This document shows, piece after piece, positions 27,831 through 36,423 of a stretch of 64,000 nucleotides of DNA. How positions within the stretch are numbered: the stretch's first letter is position 1; each line of letters begins with the position of its first letter. Both the position numbers and the translations under genes were made by a program. The notes under the pieces are model-generated. The model worked only from the letters and a program-made list of their open reading frames with translations, was not told the origin of the DNA and ran no database searches. The DNA is from Bacteriovoracaceae bacterium (GTDB taxonomy: Bacteria; Bdellovibrionota; Bacteriovoracia; Bacteriovoracales; Bacteriovoracaceae): the NCBI GenBank assembly GCA_965217035.1, contig OZ244226.1:1222146-1286145 (forward strand), read 5' to 3'.

Positions 27831-27861
27831 AATAAGGCTAAGGACTCGCTTTGATTCTAAA

Positions 27862-30480
27862 CTAAAGAGCATACCAATCATCGCCAACTTCAACATCAAC
27901 TTTGAGTGGGACCTTGAGCTTAACCGCACTCTCCATTTCATCAACGACAAGTTTTTTCAGATCGTCTAATTCGCTTTCATGAGCTTCGAAGATCAATTCA
28001 TCATGAACCTGAAGGATCATTCTAGACTCCTCGAAGGACTCATCAATTTTTTTAGAAATCTTTAACATGGCAAGCTTAATAATATCTGCAGCGGTTCCCT
28101 GAATAGGAGAATTGATTGCCATTCTTTCTGCAAAAGATTTCATAGTTCGATTTTTTGATCGAATATCAGGAATCGGTCTCCGTCTTCCCATAAGAGTTTC
28201 TGCGTATCCTGTCTTCTCACATTTCTCTTTAAGAGAATCGAGGAAGGCCTTTACTTTATTAAATCTCATAAAGTAATTTTCAATATACTCTTTCGCCTCT
28301 CCTCTTGAGATATTCAAGGTTTCCGAAAGACCGAAAGATGATTGTCCATAGATTAGACCAAAGTTAATTGCTTTTGCTTTAGATCGAATCTCCGGAGTCA
28401 TGTCCTTTAGAGGTACTCCAAAAACTTCTGAGGCCGTTTGAGCATGAATATCCTCTCCATTTTGGAAAGCCTTTAACATTACGGGATCTTCACAGAAATG
28501 AGCAAGAATCCTCAGCTCGACTTGTGAGTAGTCAGCAGCCAAGAGTTTAAACCCTTTATCAGCAATAAAAGCTTTTCTGATTCTTCGACCGTTTTCCGTT
28601 TTAATAGGAATGTTCTGAAGGTTTGGATTATCTGAAGATAATCTCCCTGTCGCTGCCCCTGTTTGATTAAAATTAGTATGGATTCGATCTGTTTCTTCAT
28701 CAACGAGATCAGGAAGTGTCTTTATATAAGTCGAGAGCAACTTGTCGATCTCTCGGAATTGAAGAATCAATCCAGGAACAGGATTAAGATCCATTTCTTC
28801 TAACTTCGTAAGAACTGAATGGTCTGTTGAAAACCCTGTTTTTGTTTTTTTTATTACTGGAAGTCCAAGCTTTTCAAAAAGCATTTCTCCAACTTGCTTA
28901 GGACTTTTTAGATTCACGTCATCCATTTCTGAAATTTTCTTGATCTCTTTTTCAATGCTCTCAAGCTTTTCAGAATATTCTTTATGAAGTTTTGAAAGAA
29001 CCTTTTTATCCACTTTGATTCCAACATATTCCATCTCTGCAAGAATTGGATTGAGCTTTAAGTCAGTTTCATAATAAATATTCTTAACTTCTAATTCATC
29101 AAGTTGAGGTTCAAATCGTTTCCAAAGTTCCCATAAGGCGCGAGACTTCTTTTGAGCATTTCCAGGAAGGTCATTCTTTACTAATTCCATATTAAGAACA
29201 TTTTCAACCATGAACTTCTCAGTGTTCTTCTTATCTGGATCAATATTAAAATGGGCCATCGGAACATCGATAATTTCATTAGAAAAATCAATATCAAAAT
29301 CCCAAGCACGTTTAATTAAATCCTTGGGCTGAAAAGCTAAAACTTTGATGTCTTTTTTTAAAAACGTTTTTAAAGCAAGTTCTTCAAGAGATGGATCTTC
29401 AATCTGATAAACAAATGAAATATTATCCGTTGTAAATGACCACCAGTCTTCATCTTTAACAACAGCTAAGCTTTGAGCAGCCTTTAGATTCGATAAAAAG
29501 AGCTCAAATTGTTTTAGAACGAAGTCGACAACAGTCTCTCTCGCATAAGGGTATTCACTAGACTCAGTATTGTTAGCTGGAGTTTCAAGATTATAAGAGT
29601 TTGCTTCTTTATTATTTTTTAGAATTTCTGCTTTTTCATAGAGCTTTTTAATCGCACTCTTGAAATTTAAATCAGTTAAAAAGTTTTTTAGCTCGACTGT
29701 TGGATTAAAGTCATATTCTAGTTCTGCTTCTACGAAAGTTAAATCTAATGAACAATCAATTGTAACAAGTTCCTTGGATAAAAAGGCATCATCTTTATGA
29801 TTGGTAAGCCCATTTAGAACTCTCTTATTTGTAATCTTATTAACGTTTTCAAAGATGTTTTCGAGTGTCCCATATTCGGTTAAAAGTTTAGCAGCTCCTT
29901 TAGCCCCAATCCCCTTAACTCCAGGAACATTATCGGAGGAATCTCCTACGAGAGAAAGATAATCACGTATTTGCTCTGGCGGAACTCCCATCTTGTCTAT
30001 GACTTCCTTGCGACCAAAAATCTTATTCCTCATGGTATCAACAGTTCTTACTTTATCATCTACAAACTGCATAAGATCTTTATCACTAGAAGCGATAAGA
30101 ATTTCACTGAAGTCATCTTTAAACTGAGTCACTGCTGAACCAATGATATCGTCAGCCTCGTAACCTTTGAGTCGAAGTTTAGGCATTTCAAACTTATCAA
30201 TAAGCTCTTCAATTATTGTAAACTGCGGAACAAGGTCTTCAGGTGGTTCACCTCGGTTCGCTTTATAGTCATCATAAATTTCATTCCGAAAAGATCCCCC
30301 CTTATGATCTTGAGCAACAAATAAATGGGTCGGTTGTAACTCCTCAATAGCATTTATGAGCATGTTCATAACTCCATAAACTGCATTGACAGGTGTTCCA
30401 TCGGGTGTATGAAGCGGGCGGATAGCAAAAAACGCTCGGAATATAAAATTACTGAGATCAAAGATAAGAAGTTTTTTCAT
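27862..30480 (-). CDS. polA: DNA polymerase I
   Basis: 5'-3' exonuclease (YKANR, GYEADD, GDSSDNVPGVKGIG), polymerase motifs TGRLSS.NPNLQNIP, ADYSQVELR, AKAINFG, QVHDEL. Confidence 0.98.
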   Translation of the reverse strand: MKKLLIFDLSNFIFRAFFAIRPLHTPDGTPVNAVYGVMNMLINAIEELQPTHLFVAQDHKGGSFRNEIYDDYKANRGEPPEDLVPQFTIIEELIDKFEMPKLRLKGYEADDIIGSAVTQFKDDFSEILIASSDKDLMQFVDDKVRTVDTMRNKIFGRKEVIDKMGVPPEQIRDYLSLVGDSSDNVPGVKGIGAKGAAKLLTEYGTLENIFENVNKITNKRVLNGLTNHKDDAFLSKELVTIDCSLDLTFVEAELEYDFNPTVELKNFLTDLNFKSAIKKLYEKAEILKNNKEANSYNLETPANNTESSEYPYARETVVDFVLKQFELFLSNLKAAQSLAVVKDEDWWSFTTDNISFVYQIEDPSLEELALKTFLKKDIKVLAFQPKDLIKRAWDFDIDFSNEIIDVPMAHFNIDPDKKNTEKFMVENVLNMELVKNDLPGNAQKKSRALWELWKRFEPQLDELEVKNIYYETDLKLNPILAEMEYVGIKVDKKVLSKLHKEYSEKLESIEKEIKKISEMDDVNLKSPKQVGEMLFEKLGLPVIKKTKTGFSTDHSVLTKLEEMDLNPVPGLILQFREIDKLLSTYIKTLPDLVDEETDRIHTNFNQTGAATGRLSSDNPNLQNIPIKTENGRRIRKAFIADKGFKLLAADYSQVELRILAHFCEDPVMLKAFQNGEDIHAQTASEVFGVPLKDMTPEIRSKAKAINFGLIYGQSSFGLSETLNISRGEAKEYIENYFMRFNKVKAFLDSLKEKCEKTGYAETLMGRRRPIPDIRSKNRTMKSFAERMAINSPIQGTAADIIKLAMLKISKKIDESFEESRMILQVHDELIFEAHESELDDLKKLVVDEMESAVKLKVPLKVDVEVGDDWYAL

Positions 30481-30495
30481 AATGAAAGAGCCTAC

Positions 30496-30613
30496 CGACG
30501 AGACTTAATTTGCGCAATCAAAATTAAGGAATTTACAAGGAGGTGAGCCTAAAGCCGTGTAAAAGACGAAAACACTGCAAAGATTCGTCGAGGCAGTAAA
30601 AACTTAATTTTGA
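30496..30613. other. Structured intergenic element with pseudoknot upstream of polA (candidate cis-regulatory RNA)
   Basis: 11-bp closing inverted repeat, internal hairpin, H-type pseudoknot and alternative pairings; see findings. Confidence 0.45.
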
Positions 30614-30618
30614 AAGCG

Positions 30619-31173
30619 CTAGTGTATTGGAACTCTGTGCTCTTGCTCTTCCCAAGGTTGGATATTTAACTGTTCCTGGTGCTTTTCACAATGCGGATCG
30701 TTTCCAATCACACTTGTCTGGGCCAAAATATCGCCCACTCGATGAAAGGAATCCAGTTTCATTACAAGATAAACCTCAAGCATGCTTAGAGGTAACAAAG
30801 AAAGTAACGTAACAACCCATCCCCAATCACCAAAAAAACAAAAAAGAAAAGGAATAAGGATCGGAATATTTCGAACAAACGATTGACGTGGACTACAAGC
30901 GGTTCCTTCTTCAAGATCAATCACGCGAATCCCAAGGATTTTTTTCCCGAGAGATTCTCCGTCAAAAAGAGAGTCAGCAAGTGCAATATAAGTCAGCCCA
31001 AGAATTAAACCAAGTTGTCCAGGAACAAATAAAAAAACTATAAAAACGCCAAAGTCTACTGCTTTAGCTGCCAATCGAGAGAGTCGCGCTCTGAAAAGCA
31101 CTGGCGACTTTTGGTAACGCTCAAAATAGAGATCGACCCGGAAACGTTTAAGTAGTTTTTGCACTGTGTCCAT
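30619..31173 (-). CDS. RDD family membrane protein
   Basis: SRLAAKAVD, GESLGKKILGIRVI, RQSFVRN, RVGDILAQTSV. Confidence 0.88.
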   Translation of the reverse strand: MDTVQKLLKRFRVDLYFERYQKSPVLFRARLSRLAAKAVDFGVFIVFLFVPGQLGLILGLTYIALADSLFDGESLGKKILGIRVIDLEEGTACSPRQSFVRNIPILIPFLFCFFGDWGWVVTLLSLLPLSMLEVYLVMKLDSFHRVGDILAQTSVIGNDPHCEKHQEQLNIQPWEEQEHRVPIH

Positions 31174-31248
31174 TGTTGTTAACTTATCAATTCATAGCAA
31201 ATGCGATATTCTAAGCAAAGATTTTTTACGAACCCTAAAAGGATTACC

Positions 31249-31572
31249 ATGGCTAATTTAAAAGAAGTAAACGAAGCAAATTTTGACTCTGAGGTTCTCG
31301 GTGCAGGAAAGCCCGTCCTAGTAGACTTTTGGGCCGAATGGTGTGGTCCTTGCAAAGCATTAGCCCCAATTTTAGAAGAAATTTCTACAGAGGTTGGTGG
31401 CAAAGCAGAGATCGTAAAAGTTAATGTCGATGAAGCTCAAGCACTTGCTCAAAAGTACGGGATAAAAGGGATTCCAACTTTAATTTTCTTCAAAGATGGA
31501 GAAGTAAAAAGTACTTTAGTAGGAAATCAGCCTAAGTCTGAAATCGTTAGAAGTCTTAACGAACTTACCTAA
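31249..31572 (+). CDS. trxA: Thioredoxin
   Basis: VDFWAEWCGPCK; start at ATG 31249 after SD AAGGA. Confidence 0.97.
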   Translation: MANLKEVNEANFDSEVLGAGKPVLVDFWAEWCGPCKALAPILEEISTEVGGKAEIVKVNVDEAQALAQKYGIKGIPTLIFFKDGEVKSTLVGNQPKSEIVRSLNELT

Positions 31573-31742
31573 AAAGATTTAAACTTTCGTTAAATTAATC
31601 TTTCAGAAAATTAAGATAAGGTTTTATCTTTCGTTATCTTTTGATTTTCTCTGCAATCAAGGACTAAAAGAATGAGGGCATTTGTCCTCACTTTGAGGAA
31701 AAAACCTTGTTAATGAGATTCGCTCAGTGATAAATCTTGCTC

Positions 31743-32489
31743 ATGGATAACATCCAAGATTTTACAGAAATTCTGAAACAAGAGTTTATTTCGAGATGCC
31801 AGAAAAACCCTCAATACAGCCTAAGGGCCTTTGCGAAGTTTCTTGATATTGACCAGTCATACTTATCCAAAATTATGAGAAACCAAAGAACACTCAGTTT
31901 AAAGCTTGCTTATAAAGCAGGCTCAGCCCTCGGGTACACTGCGAGTGAAGTTCAAAAATTTTTTTATAAAGAAGATTTGCTCAATCAAAATGAAATTAAT
32001 GCTCATTTAATTCAGGAAGATATTTTCGCACTATCTTCAGATTGGTTTTATTTTGCCATTTTGGAGTTATTAAAAACAAGAGGTTTAAAGAAGGACCTAG
32101 CATGGATTCAATCTAGATTAAGCCTCTCAAAATATGAAGCAGAGATGGCCATAAGAAGACTCACAAGATTAGGTTTTATTGAAATAAACGGTTCAGATAT
32201 TATTCTCATCAAAGAGAATAATACATGGGTTAATGAAAAAAATACGAATGAAGCTCGCAAGAATTATCAAAAACAAATTTTAAAAAAAGCCATAGAAAAA
32301 ATTGATTCTGTTGACTTTTCTAAAAGAGATCAATCAAGTCTTACTGTTGCTATTAATCCAAAAGATTACAAAGAAATTGTTCAAAAAATAACAAAATTAA
32401 GAAAAGAAATTAATCAAATATCAATTCGGTCTAAAAACAACACTAATGAGGTTTATCAATTGAGTTGTTCTTTTTTTCCATTAACTTAA
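31743..32489 (+). CDS. TIGR02147/DUF4423 family HTH protein
   Basis: KNPQYSLRAFAKFL.I..S.LS.I HTH, WFYFAILEL, RDQSSLT.AI, VYQL...FFPL. Confidence 0.85.
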   Translation: MDNIQDFTEILKQEFISRCQKNPQYSLRAFAKFLDIDQSYLSKIMRNQRTLSLKLAYKAGSALGYTASEVQKFFYKEDLLNQNEINAHLIQEDIFALSSDWFYFAILELLKTRGLKKDLAWIQSRLSLSKYEAEMAIRRLTRLGFIEINGSDIILIKENNTWVNEKNTNEARKNYQKQILKKAIEKIDSVDFSKRDQSSLTVAINPKDYKEIVQKITKLRKEINQISIRSKNNTNEVYQLSCSFFPLT

Positions 32490-32501
32490 AAGGAATAGGT
32501 T

Positions 32502-34505
32502 ATGAAAATTTTTATCTTACTAAAAGTATTTTTCTTTTTAAACTTGCAGATTTTTGCTCATACAGGCCAAGAAGGAAATGGGGGCGATGTTGTCATTTGT
32601 CAATACCCAGGTCAGCCTGAAACCGTTGAATTAGTCGATTATTACGAGGGAAAAGCCAACACTGGAAAGGATATAATTTTCCCTGAAGGGCAAAATTATC
32701 AAGAAATAGCTCTTAAAATTGCTCAATTTTCTGGAATGGGAAATACAAGATTGCGGAATGGATTTCAGGAATTTGGAGACAATATTGTTAACTTGATCAA
32801 CAACTTTGATAAGCAAATAGTTTTCACAACTGATGAGTTACCTGATATTCCTGATCATGGAGAGCTCCATATAGATGAAGATTTTTGTAAAATTAGTCAA
32901 CTTGCAATTCAAAATGCCAATCTCGATGATCACACTCAATTTTATACAATTAATAAAACAATATGGGATAGACTTGATATAAATCAGAAAGCGGGACTTG
33001 TTCTTCATGAAGCTTTATATAATCAAGCTTTATATTTAAAACATAAAAATTCTCGTAAAGTACGTTTTCTCCATTATGACTTAATGCTCAACTATACGCA
33101 TAATAACAAAGTTGATTTTGGTTTTTATATTGCAAAAAGATTCTTTGATGATCATTTAAAGAAAAATTGCATTGCCAAAGTTGGCAATTTTGAAACCAAA
33201 ATACGAAACGTACCTTATAAAGGTTGGGGGAAAACATTTTGCCAAACTTCTCTTATGACAGAAACGACCCATATCCGAAACATAGGAAATTTCTCAAGTT
33301 TAAAACTAGCAAAAAGATTAAAAGCTTCACGGTGGGCAAAAGTTTTTCAAAAAATGTGGAGAAAAGAAAATCGAGAAGTATTCAGAATTACGCCCGATAC
33401 TTTTTCAACTATTCCCAGTTTAATAAATGCTAAAGGTCAAGATTATATTAACCTAAAGAGTCCTATTTTTATATTCACCTATTATCACTCGCCAAAAATT
33501 AACTTTCTAAAAAAAGAATCTCCCTTTCTGAAAGCGCTTTATTTTTATTATAATAAACCAGGGTTTGAAAGTGCAAAGACAGATATTTTAAAAATTCTTT
33601 ATAGTGATGAAAACACTTTTTCCACAAAATTTTTACATAATGTCACAATGAATCTCCATCACCTTCCAATCACTTCAGATATCTCTCTTGCTAAAATTTT
33701 ACTCAGCAAAAAATTTCAAACTTCTTATATTCAAGCAAGACTTTCTGATTACTTCCGAAACCTAACAGGAAAAAAAAGAATTGTTCCTAGAAGAGTTCTT
33801 GGACTTTTTATAGAGAATATAAATACAACAATAAAATCGCCTGAACTTATTGAAGAAATTTTCTCCTTACTAGAACACTATGAAGAAAAAGTAAAAATCC
33901 GGAATGCACAAAAGAACTTTATTTATTTATGGAATATTGCTTCTGGTAAATTTAACAATATCAATTCACCTTATCGAGAAAAAATAGATGAAATGTTTTT
34001 TACCTATTTTAAGGATTTCTTACAGTCTCACGAAAGCTTTTACTATGATATAATCTCTTCTAAAAATCCTGCTTACGATAATCTTTTTACTGATAAAAAA
34101 AATATTGAAAGATTTATCGATACCCTTATGACTCTTTCTCAGCCAGAAATAGAACGGGGAGCTTATTATTTCTTGAACTTTATTTCTAAAGTTTCAAAAA
34201 TAAAGCCACATAAAGTAAAAAGACTTTCTTATCTAGCTTACAAATATATACCAAACAAACGCTCTAAGGATATTCTTAAAATTCTTAGTCATATAAAGAT
34301 ATCCTCTGAACTTGCATTAGATATAATACAAGATATAGAGAGTATCCATAAAGAATCAAAGGAACTTGCCTTACTTGCTTTAAAAGTCGTCAATAATACA
34401 GATAATGCATCTGTTTCTCTAAAGGAGAAAGTTCGAAAAATGTCCTACCTCGATCCACGAGAGGAAGTAAGAACTCTGGCTAAAGAAGTTTACAAAAATC
34501 TTTAA
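32502..34505 (+). CDS. Secreted hypothetical protein (EGNGG-motif, possible zincin-like N-domain, helical-repeat C-terminus)
   Basis: Signal peptide then GQEGNGGDVVIC; QKAGLVLHEALY motif; very AT-rich coding. Confidence 0.65.
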   Translation: MKIFILLKVFFFLNLQIFAHTGQEGNGGDVVICQYPGQPETVELVDYYEGKANTGKDIIFPEGQNYQEIALKIAQFSGMGNTRLRNGFQEFGDNIVNLINNFDKQIVFTTDELPDIPDHGELHIDEDFCKISQLAIQNANLDDHTQFYTINKTIWDRLDINQKAGLVLHEALYNQALYLKHKNSRKVRFLHYDLMLNYTHNNKVDFGFYIAKRFFDDHLKKNCIAKVGNFETKIRNVPYKGWGKTFCQTSLMTETTHIRNIGNFSSLKLAKRLKASRWAKVFQKMWRKENREVFRITPDTFSTIPSLINAKGQDYINLKSPIFIFTYYHSPKINFLKKESPFLKALYFYYNKPGFESAKTDILKILYSDENTFSTKFLHNVTMNLHHLPITSDISLAKILLSKKFQTSYIQARLSDYFRNLTGKKRIVPRRVLGLFIENINTTIKSPELIEEIFSLLEHYEEKVKIRNAQKNFIYLWNIASGKFNNINSPYREKIDEMFFTYFKDFLQSHESFYYDIISSKNPAYDNLFTDKKNIERFIDTLMTLSQPEIERGAYYFLNFISKVSKIKPHKVKRLSYLAYKYIPNKRSKDILKILSHIKISSELALDIIQDIESIHKESKELALLALKVVNNTDNASVSLKEKVRKMSYLDPREEVRTLAKEVYKNL

Positions 34506-34515
34506 AATGATCGAT

Positions 34516-34548
34516 AGAGTCTCGCTGAAATATGCGAGGCTCTTCTTT
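34516..34548. terminator. Probable bidirectional terminator between convergent genes
   Basis: AGAGTCTCGC-N8-GCGAGGCTCT stem followed by TCTTT. Confidence 0.6.
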
Positions 34549-34550
34549 AC

Positions 34551-35075
34551 CTAGAACTGCTCTTCAGATAGAACAACAAATTTGTATGACTTGAAACCAG
34601 CTTCAGCTGCGGTATAGAGAATTCTCTTGATTTCAATATATTTAATCTCTTTATCCACAACCAGATTAGTAATAGCAGAAAATGGTTTATCAATATTAGC
34701 TTGCTTGTTTGTAAGCTCAATTCCTTCTTTTACTTTAATGAGCTCATCATAAAGAGGAACAACAAGACGTCCTCCATGACCATAAACCTTTGAACGGCTT
34801 GGAACATTTGCATAATCAACAACCTCAGTAGAGTTTACCCAAATCTTCTCTTTAGAAATTTGAATGATTACACCCTCATTATTGGGTGACTCTGAAGCCG
34901 AAGTTGGCAACGTAATTCCTTCTGGGACATTGATAATAATATTGGAAGTTGAGTAACTCTTTAAAAGAAAAACAAGAAGAATGACGAGGATATCAAGTAA
35001 GGAGGTGATATCGAGTTCCATCAATTCTAGTTTTTTTCTTCTTCCTCTTTTTCGAATCGCTCTATTTCTTGCCAT
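34551..35075 (-). CDS. aglS: ExbD/TolR-family protein (AglS-like motor subunit)
   Basis: LDITSLLDILVILLVFLLKSYS TM with conserved Asp; position in an Agl-Glt cluster. Confidence 0.8.
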   Translation of the reverse strand: MARNRAIRKRGRRKKLELMELDITSLLDILVILLVFLLKSYSTSNIIINVPEGITLPTSASESPNNEGVIIQISKEKIWVNSTEVVDYANVPSRSKVYGHGGRLVVPLYDELIKVKEGIELTNKQANIDKPFSAITNLVVDKEIKYIEIKRILYTAAEAGFKSYKFVVLSEEQF

Positions 35076-35086
35076 ATTAACTTCCG

Positions 35087-35626
35087 TTAGCTCGTGATGT
35101 TTCCAAAGATGATGTCGTCAAAAAGAGCTTCTACTTTGACATCAACACCATCTTTATCTTTTTCAAAGATCGCATCATCTGTTTTTCTGACCATTCGGAC
35201 AGCATCCATGATCTTTACAATAACTTCATACTCAACCTCTGTATTAGGTTCAAGAATGATTGTTTTTTCTGACACGTGCCTCTTTTTGAGATCTAACATA
35301 AAACTATGAAGCTCTTCATAAGGAAAACTATCTTCCTCCTCATTGAACGAGAAAGATTTAATTGTTCTCTGAGGGGCTTCTCCTGTTTTAATCACTAACC
35401 TCTGAGGAGATATTTCCATCGTAAGGGCCAAAGGCTTTTTCTTACTTGGAGGAGGTGGTGTACTCGAAATGATCGGCACATTACTATTAATCTCATAAAT
35501 CTTTAAGAAGCTCGCAGAGAGTAAGAGAAAGAATATGAGAATAAAGACTGAATCTAGGATCGGCACTAGATTCAGTCTTTTACTTTCATTTTTACCTTTT
35601 CTTCGGCCACTAGGCATTGAGTACAT
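35087..35626 (-). CDS. aglQ: ExbD/TolR-family protein (AglQ-like motor subunit)
   Basis: LNLVPILDSVFILIFFLL, VEYEVIVKIMDAVR. Confidence 0.8.
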   Translation of the reverse strand: MYSMPSGRRKGKNESKRLNLVPILDSVFILIFFLLLSASFLKIYEINSNVPIISSTPPPPSKKKPLALTMEISPQRLVIKTGEAPQRTIKSFSFNEEEDSFPYEELHSFMLDLKKRHVSEKTIILEPNTEVEYEVIVKIMDAVRMVRKTDDAIFEKDKDGVDVKVEALFDDIIFGNITS

Positions 35627-35628
35627 AA

Positions 35629-36324
35629 TTAGTTCTCTTCGTTTTTAGTTCCTAGTAGATCAAGAAGCTTTACAGAAAACTCATCAATCTCATTAACGAT
35701 TTTTTCTGAACGGCTTACAAGAAATGCATGAATCACCATTATTGAAATCGCAGCACATAATCCAAGTGCTGTTGTATTCATCGCTTTAGAAATACCTTTT
35801 GATAAAAGTTCCGCTTTTTGCTGAGGATCTGCAGCAGCAACAGCAGCAAATGACTGGATAAGACCAAAGATTGTTCCAAGAAGTCCAAGAAGAGTTGAAA
35901 TATTCGCAATTAATGAAAGGTAGCCTAGCCTCTTTTCAACTTTTGGAATCACTTCTAATGCTGTTGCATCGATAGCATTCTGAACCTGAGCTGGAGATTG
36001 AGAAGCTCTCTTTAGTCCACTTTTGAGAACTCTTGGAAGAGCAGCAATCGATCCAGAGCAAACTCGGATCGCTCCTTGAATATCATTAGAAAGAACATAC
36101 CTTTGAAGTTCATTCATAAAGGAAGCCCCGTCAACATCAAAACCGAATTTCAGCTTTCTAAACTTATCAAATGCGATCACTAAACCAATCGCCCAGATAA
36201 CAGCGATGATGTACATAAAAACACCACCATCTTGAAAGAATAAAACTAATTGCTCGATAAAGGATGTTGGCTCTGCACCAACTTGCATTCCTTGCTCAAC
36301 TAGATTCGGATCTTGACCTTCCAT
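35629..36324 (-). CDS. aglR: MotA/TolQ/ExbB proton channel (AglR-like)
   Basis: IANISTLLGLLGTIFGLIQSF, GISKAMNTTALGL; ATG 36324 lies 8 nt after SD GAGGAG. Confidence 0.88.
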   Translation of the reverse strand: MEGQDPNLVEQGMQVGAEPTSFIEQLVLFFQDGGVFMYIIAVIWAIGLVIAFDKFRKLKFGFDVDGASFMNELQRYVLSNDIQGAIRVCSGSIAALPRVLKSGLKRASQSPAQVQNAIDATALEVIPKVEKRLGYLSLIANISTLLGLLGTIFGLIQSFAAVAAADPQQKAELLSKGISKAMNTTALGLCAAISIMVIHAFLVSRSEKIVNEIDEFSVKLLDLLGTKNEEN

Positions 36325-36423
36325 GGCACTCACTCCTCTTTAAAATTAAATCCTTAATAATATCTTAAACTTAGCTTTTAACGGGGGACAGCAGAGGGAA
36401 AATCTGCCTATAAACAAAAAAAA

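Noticed and set aside
27760..27969. Short ORFs of 60-69 aa around the polA 3' end
   Set aside because: They overlap polA and a hairpin and have no motifs or SD; treated as shadow ORFs, like the other small antisense/nested ORFs in the track.
30537..30562. Perfect SD AAGGAGGTGA on the + strand implying a hidden gene
   Set aside because: Only GTG-TAA follows, 13 nt away, so there is no ORF; kept only as part of the structured element.
30565..30600. Twister ribozyme (AACACTGC resemblance)
   Set aside because: The other conserved twister elements and the double-pseudoknot pairing are not identifiable.
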